NCBI GenBank assembly: GCA_042094215.1
Contig: JBELDQ010000001.1
Coordinates: 1 to 51,882, forward strand
Length of the DNA stretch: 51,882 nucleotides
Source of the DNA: Polaribacter sp.
GTDB taxonomy: Bacteria; Bacteroidota; Bacteroidia; Flavobacteriales; Flavobacteriaceae
Reading direction: 5' to 3'
In this document: positions 10,112 through 19,150 of the stretch, one piece after another
Layout: each line of letters begins with the position of its first letter
Position numbering within the stretch: position 1 is the first letter of the stretch
The notes under the pieces: model-generated
Told to the model about the DNA's origin: nothing
What the model saw: the letters and a program-made list of their open reading frames with translations, nothing else
Database searches by the model: none
Program-made: the position numbers and the translations under genes

Positions 10112-11152
10112 CTAACTATCTTGATAATTACTTAAATACACATTGAGCTGCCTCAATAAAAGAAATAGAACCATTAAAGCAAAAGCAGCTGCTGCTGCCA
10201 AAAAGCCATAATTCTCATCTACTGATTTTATCTCATATCCAATGGGCTGAAAACTTGAAATAACATTCAGGACTTCTGAGTTCTCTGTTCGCTCTTTGGT
10301 AATGATTTTCAAATCCGCATTAATTTCTCTATTGGCTTCAAACAAATCGATTTCTTTGGTGGTCTTTTTGCTATCTCCAAGATCTATTGTTGTACCAGAC
10401 ATCTGTTTTTTTGACTCTTCTAACAATACTTTAATATATACATTACGTAAAGAGTCTACTTGAGAAAGATTTTGTCTTAATAATGAATCTGTTCTATTTA
10501 AGTTTTCATTTGTTAACTTTTTAACCTTGTTAAAAAATGCATTCTTCACAATAGAAGAAACAATCACCTCATCTAATTTAGAAAACAAATCTTTTTTAGA
10601 AGCAACCACATGAATATTGTGTACTGAATAATCAAAATCTGTAAATGTTGTCTTAAAATTATCAAACGAATAACTTTTTGCAGTTAAGGTATCTACTGAT
10701 AATAACAGCTCATCATACGAAGTCAATAGATCATTGCCATTTCTTAGCGGATAAATTTCAAACTTCTTTAATGTAGAAGCCTCTTTCACCGTTATTTCAA
10801 ATACCTTAGACAAATACAGCGTATCTTTCTGCTTGACCAAATCATTGTAGTAATTTACATTATTATACAGTTGTCTTGCACTTTCATAATTGGGTTGTAC
10901 TTGCATATCAGCACCATAAGTCACTCCCTCTTTATATTCTAAAAAGCCTCCCAAAACAGCACCAATAACTATGGAAACCCCCAATTTTTTTGCGTTGTTT
11001 TTTAAAAACAATAATAGCAAAATAAAAAAATGAAAAATGGTTTTAAAAATTTTACCTACAAACGCAAATAGGTTCGAAAAACCCTTTCCAATAATTGTAA
11101 ATAATGCGCCCAATTCTATTTCTTCATCTTTAGACTGTGATTCTTTTGTCAT
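10112..11152 (-). CDS. Wzz-like chain-length determinant / polysaccharide co-polymerase
   Basis: EEIELGALF N-terminus, TM helices near both ends flanking a helical periplasmic domain; heads the glycan cluster. Confidence 0.6.
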   Translation of the reverse strand: MTKESQSKDEEIELGALFTIIGKGFSNLFAFVGKIFKTIFHFFILLLLFLKNNAKKLGVSIVIGAVLGGFLEYKEGVTYGADMQVQPNYESARQLYNNVNYYNDLVKQKDTLYLSKVFEITVKEASTLKKFEIYPLRNGNDLLTSYDELLLSVDTLTAKSYSFDNFKTTFTDFDYSVHNIHVVASKKDLFSKLDEVIVSSIVKNAFFNKVKKLTNENLNRTDSLLRQNLSQVDSLRNVYIKVLLEESKKQMSGTTIDLGDSKKTTKEIDLFEANREINADLKIITKERTENSEVLNVISSFQPIGYEIKSVDENYGFLAAAAAFALMVLFLLLRQLNVYLSNYQDS

Positions 11153-11181
11153 TGTTCCTTTGTTTGGTTAAGCTCTCTAAT

Positions 11182-12846
11182 TTAAAAAATTTGCTCTAGT
11201 ATTTTTTGTGTAATGGCATAGGTTGGAGTAACTCCAGACATTCCGAGTCCACCAGAAGCCAATGTAGCTCCTGTTTCTAAGGGGTTGTCTGAAGCATAAT
11301 ATGCATAACGGACTTTTACATTTTCAGAAATATTTCCTCTAATTTTAGAAGCGGCCTGTATGGCTTTTTGATAATGAGCTCCTTCCATTTCTAATCCAAT
11401 TACGTTCCAAGTAGAATCGTGGAAAAATTCTAGAATATCTTTATTTTGAAGAGACGTCCCTAATACAGAAATCATAGCACCATCAAAAGATTGTACTCCA
11501 AAACCTTCTAAATCTTCTCTCGACAGTTCATTTTTAAAAGGATAATTGTCTGCTGTTCCTTCAAAAATATGTGAAGAAGGAATCATAATATCTCCTTTAC
11601 CCCCCTCTAAAATTCCTGCTTTCCCCATAATTGAAACTGACTCCACATTTAAATGAGTTGTTGTATCATTTTCTTTGTATGGTTTCAACAATTCATCCAT
11701 CGTTTCGTAGGCTTGCTCACCAAATGCGTAATCCATTACAATAATTACAGGGTGTGCTCCTTCCGAATGCACTTTGGTAAAAGAAGTGGTATTAAAAGCG
11801 ATTTTTTCGGTATCAATTACTTGAACATTGATATTGGTCCCCGAAGTATCTTTTATATAAATCAATCCATTTTTAGAAGCATAATTCTTTACTTTACCTT
11901 GTAAATCTTTACTATTGCTATCACTCAGCAATTCAAACAACTTAAACCCATCGTTCTTACTTGCTTCATTAGGGATAGCTCCGGTCGCATAAATTGAATT
12001 CATTACACTGTGCATGTTTGCACTAATAATATGAATTGGTCTTTGCAACAAGCCATTCTCTTTTAAAATTTGCTTGATATTGTTGGCCCAAACTTCTCCA
12101 TAAATATGCTGCCCTATTTGTTCGTTTAAAACAGAACTAAACGTAACGACTCTCTTTTTATTTTCTAAGGCTTCATTAATCGCCAATTGTCCTAACCAAT
12201 AAATTAACTGAAAAAATCTATCTGGGTTTTTCTCCGTAGCAAACGTGTTGTAAATGTCAGATACTTCTTGGTAGGTTCTTCCCAAAATTGTTCCTAAATG
12301 CGCAATTGTAACCTCTCTTTCCTCTTTTGTTATAGACTTGTCATACACAACAATATCTCTCAATGTACTCCATTCTCTAGTACAATCAGTGCCTTTATTA
12401 ATCAGTACCTTATCTTTAATCTTATGAGATTCGATAAACAAAAAAGTCAAATGAGTTAAAATATCATAGATTTCAGATCTTCCTCGCGTAATTTCAATGT
12501 TCATTTGATCTTTGTCTATGCGATAGCAATTTCTTCTTCTCTTAGGAGGAATAATCGTTTCAAAATGAGAGTTTTTATATCCTTCATCGGCCGTTAAGTT
12601 GATAAATTGACATTCTTCTATACCCTCTGGCAAACGTTCTATGATATATATAAGTCCGTTTAATTCTACCTTATCATCAGCTATTGAACCATAAATCTCA
12701 GGTCTTAATTGCAATAATGACTTTCTCAAGGCTTCTCCAGAAACACCCATAGGTTTGTAAAAACCTCTACTAAATAAGTGACGCATAGAAATATATAATC
12801 TTTCTATTGCTCCTGTAGACTCTTGTGCTCTCGTTCTTTCTTTCAT
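11182..12846 (-). CDS. DUF6909-type conserved protein with C-terminal nucleoside-phosphorylase-like motifs
   Basis: Recognised N-terminus RTRAQES..AIE; IMGKAGILEGGKGDIMIP and VIGLEMEG resemble PNP/UDP phosphorylase signatures. Confidence 0.7.
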   Translation of the reverse strand: MKERTRAQESTGAIERLYISMRHLFSRGFYKPMGVSGEALRKSLLQLRPEIYGSIADDKVELNGLIYIIERLPEGIEECQFINLTADEGYKNSHFETIIPPKRRRNCYRIDKDQMNIEITRGRSEIYDILTHLTFLFIESHKIKDKVLINKGTDCTREWSTLRDIVVYDKSITKEEREVTIAHLGTILGRTYQEVSDIYNTFATEKNPDRFFQLIYWLGQLAINEALENKKRVVTFSSVLNEQIGQHIYGEVWANNIKQILKENGLLQRPIHIISANMHSVMNSIYATGAIPNEASKNDGFKLFELLSDSNSKDLQGKVKNYASKNGLIYIKDTSGTNINVQVIDTEKIAFNTTSFTKVHSEGAHPVIIVMDYAFGEQAYETMDELLKPYKENDTTTHLNVESVSIMGKAGILEGGKGDIMIPSSHIFEGTADNYPFKNELSREDLEGFGVQSFDGAMISVLGTSLQNKDILEFFHDSTWNVIGLEMEGAHYQKAIQAASKIRGNISENVKVRYAYYASDNPLETGATLASGGLGMSGVTPTYAITQKILEQIF

Positions 12847-12872
12847 ATGATACTCTCTCTTTTTTGATAATT

Positions 12873-12880
12873 CAAATATA
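12873..12880 (-). promoter_or_regulatory. -7 element (TATATTTG) for the DUF6909 gene
   Basis: TAnnTTTG match 26 nt upstream of the ATG. Confidence 0.55.
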
Positions 12881-12894
12881 CTCTTTTTAATGGC

Positions 12895-14538
12895 TTACTT
12901 TTTAACAGATAAAACCTGAGTATATTTTGTGTTGTTTTTTAATAAGTTTACCGCTTCTTGTATGGTCTTATCAGCAGTTATTTTATTTTGATAAACCCCT
13001 TCTTGATAATAATATTGATCTAAGATAAGTTGCGTCAAGACATCTTTAATATGGTCTTTGTCTTCAACTATTGCTTTTATTTTTTCTGTTTCTAATGTTT
13101 GCATCAACGTTGAGTACTCCTTACTAATTTTTTTGTTTTGAGCGCTGTTTAACTTCTCATATGCCTTTTTAAATGAAACTTCTTGCAGTGATAAAAAGGA
13201 GTTTTCTTTCTGTACAAAATTTCGGAACTGCTTAAAGTCTTCATTTGAAAAACGAAATGTCTCAGCAGGTGAAATTTCCGAGTTTTTATACTTATAATCA
13301 AAGACATAGTTGAAAATAGCTTTAGAACCTAATAATGCCTTGGTTTCTTCTGTTAAGACCTCTTTTTCAGTAATAATATCTGGAATTATTCCGCCTCCAT
13401 CAAAAACACTTCGTCCCTTTTCAGTGGTAAATTCATTCTTTCCCCGATCTGAAAACTTTGGAACGATTCCAGTTTCAGGGTCTCTATTGGCATAATCCAA
13501 TTCTTGAATGCAACGTCCACTTGGTGTATAATATTTAGAGATGGTTACTTTCAGTTGGGTTCCATAACTCAATTTCCTATAACGCTGAACCAATCCTTTA
13601 CCAAAAGAGCGTTTGCCCATGACAACAGCTCTGTCATAATCTTGCAAAGCACCTGTAACAATTTCTGATGCTGATGCAGATCGCCCGTTAATTAAAACAA
13701 CAATTGGCATCTCTACATCTAAGGGCTCCTTTCGCGACAAGTAGGTATTGCTCCACTTTTTAACCTTTGCCTTTGTTGTGGTTATTACTTTTCCTTTCGG
13801 CAAAAAGAAGTTAGAAATTTGTATGGCTTCTCCTAACAAACCTCCAGGATTTGATCTTAAATCTAAGATGAGGTTCTTCATCCCTTGCTCCTTTAAACGT
13901 TGAAAAGCTTTTTTTACTTCTGAAGATGCCTTTGCGTTGAATCTTGTCAATACAATATAGCCCGTATCTTCATTAATTTTTTGATAAAAAGGAACTGGAT
14001 TCACTTCAATTTTTTCTCTTTTTAAATCGAACTGTATGATTTTTCCTCGCCGCTCTACTTCTAAAGAAATAGTACTTTTTGGCACTCCTAATAGCAACCC
14101 TGAAACTGCTTCTTTTTTTAAACCTTCTAAAACCTGACGATCAATTTTAGTGATAAGATCTCCCGGTTTCAAGCCTGCTTTGTCGGCTGCATAACCTTTA
14201 TATACTCTAGCAATTAATGGATTATTGTCCGTGTAATTTATAGATGCACCAATACCGCCATACGCTCCTTCTCTTCGTATCTTGGCGGTTTCAACATCCT
14301 GTTCGTTAAAATATTTTGTGTAAGGATCTAAGTCATTTAAGGTATTTTTCAGTGCACTTGCTGTTAATGCTGCAGGGTTAATTTCATTCACATAGTACAT
14401 ATTCAATTCTTTGAACAATGTCGTATAAATTTCTAGTTGTTTTGCGATTTCAAAAAACTTAGATTGGAATGAAAACGAAACAAAAACAACCCCCAAACCA
14501 AGGAGTAAAACCGAGATACTTTTAATACGTTTTTTCAT
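12895..14538 (-). CDS. S41 carboxyl-terminal processing protease with PDZ domain
   Basis: LDPYT, GGIG, ILDLRSNPGGLL, SASASEIV, FGKGLVQ. Confidence 0.95.
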   Translation of the reverse strand: MKKRIKSISVLLLGLGVVFVSFSFQSKFFEIAKQLEIYTTLFKELNMYYVNEINPAALTASALKNTLNDLDPYTKYFNEQDVETAKIRREGAYGGIGASINYTDNNPLIARVYKGYAADKAGLKPGDLITKIDRQVLEGLKKEAVSGLLLGVPKSTISLEVERRGKIIQFDLKREKIEVNPVPFYQKINEDTGYIVLTRFNAKASSEVKKAFQRLKEQGMKNLILDLRSNPGGLLGEAIQISNFFLPKGKVITTTKAKVKKWSNTYLSRKEPLDVEMPIVVLINGRSASASEIVTGALQDYDRAVVMGKRSFGKGLVQRYRKLSYGTQLKVTISKYYTPSGRCIQELDYANRDPETGIVPKFSDRGKNEFTTEKGRSVFDGGGIIPDIITEKEVLTEETKALLGSKAIFNYVFDYKYKNSEISPAETFRFSNEDFKQFRNFVQKENSFLSLQEVSFKKAYEKLNSAQNKKISKEYSTLMQTLETEKIKAIVEDKDHIKDVLTQLILDQYYYQEGVYQNKITADKTIQEAVNLLKNNTKYTQVLSVKK

Positions 14539-14540
14539 TT

Positions 14541-14915
14541 TTATTGATGTATTTTTTCAATGAACGCCTGCAATAGTTTTTCCATTTTAAGTCCTACTTC
14601 ATCATAGCTAGGCTCATCTTTTCCTATATAAGAAATCATAAAAACATAGGGAGTATCGACGGCATCATACACAAGCTCCTTTCGCTTTCTGTAAGTTTCT
14701 CGAAGCAAACGTTTAATCCTATTTCTACTGACTGCTTTTTTAAAATTTCTTTTAGGCACAGAAAAACCCGCTTGTACAGGGTACTTAGAGCCATGCTCTG
14801 CTCTTAGAAACACCATTCTTAGCGGAAATTTCTTGACTGAATCTCCTTCTTTATATAATTTCCCGAATAGGGTTTTACTTTTTAAACGCTCTGCTTTGCC
14901 TAAAGTATGCTTCAT
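14541..14915 (-). CDS. rnpA: Ribonuclease P protein component
   Basis: KAERLKS, FSVPKRNFKKAVSRNRIKRLLRE (RNR motif). Confidence 0.96.
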   Translation of the reverse strand: MKHTLGKAERLKSKTLFGKLYKEGDSVKKFPLRMVFLRAEHGSKYPVQAGFSVPKRNFKKAVSRNRIKRLLRETYRKRKELVYDAVDTPYVFMISYIGKDEPSYDEVGLKMEKLLQAFIEKIHQ

Positions 14916-14920
14916 TATTA

Positions 14921-14928
14921 CAAACTTA
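14921..14928 (-). promoter_or_regulatory. -7 element (TAAGTTTG) for rnpA-S41 operon
   Basis: TAnnTTTG match only 5 nt upstream of the ATG. Confidence 0.55.
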
Positions 14929-15093
14929 CATAATTAGAGTTGCATTATAGAACATATCGGTGATTATTGAGAAGGTCTTCTTCAAAAAACAAAGTATCAC
15001 AAGCGTGCCCTCTGTAACTGAAAAGATTCTTCGCCTGTGCAATGAAAAGATAAAAAATTCTAAGAATAGCATCGTGTTTCATTTAGTATTCTT

Positions 15094-15101
15094 TAAATTT
15101 G
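15094..15101 (+). promoter_or_regulatory. -7 element (TAAATTTG) for the acyl-CoA dehydrogenase
   Basis: TAnnTTTG match 25 nt upstream of the ATG. Confidence 0.55.
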
Positions 15102-15126
15102 ATGCACTTACAAAATTTCTAACACC

Positions 15127-16305
15127 ATGAAACCAGATTTATTTCAAGCGCCAGACTATTATCAAATTGATGATTTACTCAATGATGAACACAAGTTAGT
15201 TCGAGAAGCATCTAGAGAATGGGTAAAAAGGGAAGTCTCTCCAATTATTGAAGACTATGCCCAAAAAGGAGAGTTCCCAAAACAAATTATAAACGGACTG
15301 GCAGATATAGGTGCTTTTGGTCCCTATATTCCAGAAAAATATGGAGGTGCAGGATTGGATCAAATATCATATGGTCTTATTATGCAAGAAATTGAGCGTG
15401 GAGATTCTGGTGTGAGATCTACTGCTTCAGTGCAATCTTCATTAGTCATGTATCCTATTTGGAAATATGGAAATGAAGCTCAACGAAATAAGTATTTACC
15501 CAAATTAGCATCTGGTGAATGGATTGGATGTTTTGGATTAACAGAACCAAATCATGGATCAAATCCGAGCGGAATGGAAACGAAATTTAAAGATATGGGA
15601 GATCATTATCTTTTGAATGGGGCTAAAATGTGGATTTCCAATGCTCCTATAGCGCAAGTGGCTGTTGTTTGGGCAAAAAATGAAGAAGGTAGAATACACG
15701 GCTTGGTAGTAGAACGCGGAATGGAAGGGTTTTCAACACCAGAAACACATAATAAATGGTCTTTAAGAGCTTCTTCTACTGGAGAATTAATTTTTGACAA
15801 TGTAAAGATCCCTAAAGAAAACCTATTGCCTAATAAATCTGGATTAGGTGCGCCGTTAGGCTGTTTAGATTCAGCTCGTTACGGAATTGCTTGGGGAGCT
15901 ATAGGCGCAGCTATGGACTGCTACGATACTGCGTTGCGTTATGCCAAGGAACGCGAACAATTTGGCAAACCAATTGGACAATTTCAATTGCAACAAAAAA
16001 AATTAGCCGAAATGATTACGGAAATTACCAAAGCACAATTATTAACTTGGCGTTTAGGGGTATTGCGTAACGAAGATAGAGCAACTTCTGCTCAAATATC
16101 TATGGCAAAAAGAAACAATGTAGACATGGCCATAAACATTGCTCGAGAAGCAAGACAGATATTAGGAGGGATGGGAATTACTGGCGAATACTCAATTATG
16201 CGCCATTCTATGAATTTAGAAAGTGTGATTACCTATGAAGGGACACATGATATACATTTACTCATAACAGGGCTAGATATTACAGGTTTCAACGCCTTCA
16301 AGTAG
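15127..16305 (+). CDS. gcdH: Acyl-CoA dehydrogenase, glutaryl-CoA dehydrogenase-like
   Basis: GCFGLTEPNHGS, GAKMWISNA, ARQILGGMG, TYEGTHDIH. Confidence 0.88.
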   Translation: MKPDLFQAPDYYQIDDLLNDEHKLVREASREWVKREVSPIIEDYAQKGEFPKQIINGLADIGAFGPYIPEKYGGAGLDQISYGLIMQEIERGDSGVRSTASVQSSLVMYPIWKYGNEAQRNKYLPKLASGEWIGCFGLTEPNHGSNPSGMETKFKDMGDHYLLNGAKMWISNAPIAQVAVVWAKNEEGRIHGLVVERGMEGFSTPETHNKWSLRASSTGELIFDNVKIPKENLLPNKSGLGAPLGCLDSARYGIAWGAIGAAMDCYDTALRYAKEREQFGKPIGQFQLQQKKLAEMITEITKAQLLTWRLGVLRNEDRATSAQISMAKRNNVDMAINIAREARQILGGMGITGEYSIMRHSMNLESVITYEGTHDIHLLITGLDITGFNAFK

Positions 16306-16346
16306 CCCTTGAATCAGAACAATTTCTTGAGTAAAAGAATAAAAAA

Positions 16347-16523
16347 TTAAGAAGCTTTTTGCAATACTAAATTTGGGCATCTCTTACAATTGATGCCCTT
16401 TTTTTTGTATTTGTTACAACAGACCTTTTTAGCCTTAATACAATTCGTAGCGCAATTGCTTTCACTCATTTTTGGGGAAAGTACTGATGTGATCGTTGCT
16501 TTTTCTGAATAAAAAATAATCAT
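16347..16523 (-). CDS. 58-aa Cys/Lys-rich small protein with FhuF-like CC-x9-CxxCP motif
   Basis: Not in the ORF track. Hand translation: MIIFYSEKATITSVLSPKMSESNCATNCIKAKKVCCNKYKKKGINCKRCPNLVLQKAS; -7 element 16 nt upstream. Confidence 0.75.
   Translation of the reverse strand: MIIFYSEKATITSVLSPKMSESNCATNCIKAKKVCCNKYKKKGINCKRCPNLVLQKAS
16375..16406 (+). terminator. Probable intrinsic terminator of the acyl-CoA dehydrogenase
   Basis: GGGCATC-N10-GATGCCC followed by T8. Confidence 0.55.
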
Positions 16524-16539
16524 ATACTGAATTATAGTG

Positions 16540-16547
16540 CAAAAGTA
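16540..16547 (-). promoter_or_regulatory. -7 element (TACTTTTG) for the 58-aa ORF
   Basis: TAnnTTTG match 16 nt upstream of ATG at 16523. Confidence 0.6.
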
Positions 16548-16552
16548 AGTAT

Positions 16553-16575
16553 TTATTTAGAACAAATAAGAATAA
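16553..16575. promoter_or_regulatory. Fur-box-like imperfect palindrome
   Basis: TTATTTAGAACAAATAAGAATAA, 5 nt upstream of the -7 element; 13/19 match to ATTTAGAATTATTCTAAAT, the flavobacterial Fur box as I recall it. Confidence 0.5.
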
Positions 16576-17043
16576 AATATAATCCTTTATCAATTTCTGA
16601 GCTAGCAGGAGATTGTACTTTGTAAAAAGGATGTTATTTTAGAATGATTTCTATCAAAAAACACGGTATTCCTTTGAGGAAATATAGAAATATACATAAA
16701 AATACAATCAATTTAATAAAAATGAATTTTTCACCACTTTTATATATAAAACGCAAGCACTAGTTCATTGTAAATGATCCTTTTATATATTTTTTAAACA
16801 TATTTAAAACTCAAATATACACTATCAACAGACAATGTAGCCCTTAATAGAGCCAAGCATAAAATGAATGTCTTTCTTGCACATACCTCTTTGCGATATG
16901 CATTGCTCAAAGGAATTTCAGCGCTCATCAAATAGTCAAAACCTTTATTCTTCTTAAAAACACTATGAACAAGCAGAAAAACTTTATTTCATAAGAATTG
17001 TGAGCCAGGTTTCTTTTTTGTATTTTGAATACCACCCAAAACT

Positions 17044-18237
17044 GTGAAGCTAGTGCAACTCTGTAAAAACACACAAAACACATGCTACTTTTCCTCTGTA
17101 AATGAAATTCCAGCAACTGTTTGGGAGGAACTCCAATGCGGATCAAATGCGTATTTTCATCCAAAGTATTTGAACTCTCTAGAAAAAAACAACCTTCATA
17201 TCTCTTTTGCATATGTCGTTTTGTTAGATCACCAAAAAAAAGCAATTGCCTTTGCGAGCATTCAAATCGTGAATTTTCAATTCAATGGAATAGAAAAATC
17301 GATGAACAAAAGCTTTCATAACTTAAAAAATATTGGCAAAAGAATAGGGCTTGTTTCCAAACTAACACCGATTAGACTATTGGTATGTGGTAATATTTTT
17401 GTGAGTGGAGAGCACGGTATATTTATCTCCGAAAATGAAGATAAACAGCTCGTAATTAAAAAGTTAGCCAAAGCCATTTCTCATTTATCAAAAGCTAATA
17501 AAATACTTACCAAAGACATCTCTATATACCTAATTAAAGATTTTATAAAGGAATCTCTTCGTATAACTGACGAATTGCACGACTTGAACTATTATTCATT
17601 TCACGTAGAACCAAATATGGTTTTACAACTAGACAAAAATTGGCATACATTTCAAGATTATTTAGATGCAATGAAAACAAAGTTTAGAATAAAAGCTAAA
17701 CGCGCTTTAAAACTTAGCACTGACATCGTTGTTAAAGAAACATCAAGAGAAAATATTAAAACGATGCTGCCTGAAATTTCGAAGCTTTATAAAAAAGTAT
17801 CCGCAAAAGCCGATTTCAATCTAGGTGAACTTAACCCAGAAACCTATAGTTCTTTAAAAAAAGAATTTGGTGAGAAGTACATTTTTAAAACCTATTGGTA
17901 TCAAGATACAATTGTTGGTTTTATGTCGGGTATTATAAATATCGATTCTTTAGATGCTCATTTTGTAGGGATTGATTATGAGCTAAATAAAAACCTAGCA
18001 ATTTATCAAAAAATGCTATATGATTATGTAGAAATCGGCATCGTAAACAACTTAAAACGAATTAATTTTGGAAGAACCGCAGGAGAGATTAAAAGCTCAA
18101 TTGGTGCTGTTCCTGAAGAGTTGACTTGTTACATAAGACATAAAAAATCGATTACAAACAGATTTATCAAACCATTTTTAAATTATATAGAACCAAAGCC
18201 TTTTGCGCAGAAAAAACCCTTTAAACTAAAAGTGTAA
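17044..18237 (+). CDS. GNAT/FemAB-like acyl- or aminoacyl-transferase family protein
   Basis: TFQDYLDAMKTKFR, AHFVGIDY, INFGRTAGEIKSSIGA resemble the FemAB-like tandem GNAT C-terminal domain; GTG start uncertain. Confidence 0.65.
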   Translation: MKLVQLCKNTQNTCYFSSVNEIPATVWEELQCGSNAYFHPKYLNSLEKNNLHISFAYVVLLDHQKKAIAFASIQIVNFQFNGIEKSMNKSFHNLKNIGKRIGLVSKLTPIRLLVCGNIFVSGEHGIFISENEDKQLVIKKLAKAISHLSKANKILTKDISIYLIKDFIKESLRITDELHDLNYYSFHVEPNMVLQLDKNWHTFQDYLDAMKTKFRIKAKRALKLSTDIVVKETSRENIKTMLPEISKLYKKVSAKADFNLGELNPETYSSLKKEFGEKYIFKTYWYQDTIVGFMSGIINIDSLDAHFVGIDYELNKNLAIYQKMLYDYVEIGIVNNLKRINFGRTAGEIKSSIGAVPEELTCYIRHKKSITNRFIKPFLNYIEPKPFAQKKPFKLKV

Positions 18238-18252
18238 CAAGTTAAATCTAAT

Positions 18253-18260
18253 TATATTTG
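18253..18260 (+). promoter_or_regulatory. -7 element (TATATTTG) for tesB
   Basis: TAnnTTTG match 19 nt upstream of the ATG. Confidence 0.55.
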
Positions 18261-18279
18261 TTCAAAAAATTCTATAAAC

Positions 18280-19149
18280 ATGCAATCTATTGAAGATTTG
18301 ATAAAAGTTCTTGATCTTGAACAAAAAAACGAAAATGAATTTATTGGAATTAGCAAAACAATTGGTAGTCCAAACGTTTTTGGCGGACAAGTTTTGGCAC
18401 AAGCATTAAGTGCAGCAAATAAAAGCATTTTGAATCACAGAGTGCTGCACTCATTACATGCCTACTTTTTAGAAGCTGGTAATTTAGAGACACCTATTAC
18501 ATATTTGGTGAATGTTATGAGAGATGGTGGCAGCTTTTCTACAAGAAGAGTTACCGCCAAACAAGGAGAAAAAACCATCTTTATTTTGGCTGCATCTTTT
18601 CATAAAGAAGAAAAAGGATATGAACACCAAGTAAAGTTTGACAGCAACATTAAACAACCGGAAGAATTATTAAGTTGGGAAGATATACTCCAGCAGTTTG
18701 GAGAGTTCCTTCCAAAAAAAATGAAGTATTTTTTAGGAATAGAAAGACCCATAGCGTTTAAGCCAACTTTTATACTAAATCCTCTAGATCAAAAAGACTT
18801 ACCGCCTTTTTCTGATGTCTGGTTCAAGGTAAAAGGCAACACGACTCATGTTGACAGCGCTTTAAAACAACAAATTTTAACCTATATCTCGGATTATAAT
18901 ATTCTGAATGCTACGTTATACCCTAATGCAAGTACTGCTAATTTTGGCAATACGCAAATGGCGAGCTTAGATCATTCTATGTGGTTTTTTAGAGATTTTG
19001 ATCTAGACGATTGGATGCTGTATAAAACAGAATCTCCCAATGCATTTGGGGGAAGAGGATTTGCAAGAGGAAATATCTATTCTAGAAACGGAGAACTCAT
19101 TGCTTCTGTAGCACAAGAAGGATTAATGAGACCAATTAAAACATCATAA
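18280..19149 (+). CDS. tesB: Acyl-CoA thioesterase II
   Basis: VFGGQVLAQAL, HSLHAYF, RDGGSFSTRRV, YISD, ASLDHSMWF, VAQEGL. Confidence 0.95.
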   Translation: MQSIEDLIKVLDLEQKNENEFIGISKTIGSPNVFGGQVLAQALSAANKSILNHRVLHSLHAYFLEAGNLETPITYLVNVMRDGGSFSTRRVTAKQGEKTIFILAASFHKEEKGYEHQVKFDSNIKQPEELLSWEDILQQFGEFLPKKMKYFLGIERPIAFKPTFILNPLDQKDLPPFSDVWFKVKGNTTHVDSALKQQILTYISDYNILNATLYPNASTANFGNTQMASLDHSMWFFRDFDLDDWMLYKTESPNAFGGRGFARGNIYSRNGELIASVAQEGLMRPIKTS

Positions 19150-19150
19150 T

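Noticed and set aside
14541-14915. rnpA separated from rpmH/yidC as a sign of rearrangement
   Set aside because: As far as I recall, rnpA next to an S41 protease is usual in Flavobacteriia, so it is not notable.
16864-16935. 23-codon plus-strand ORF MNVFLAHTSLRYALLKGISALIK
   Set aside because: Length expected by chance; no promoter or motif.
16928-17245. 105-aa minus-strand ORF overlapping the GNAT-like gene
   Set aside because: Two-thirds antisense to a better gene, no motif and no promoter support.
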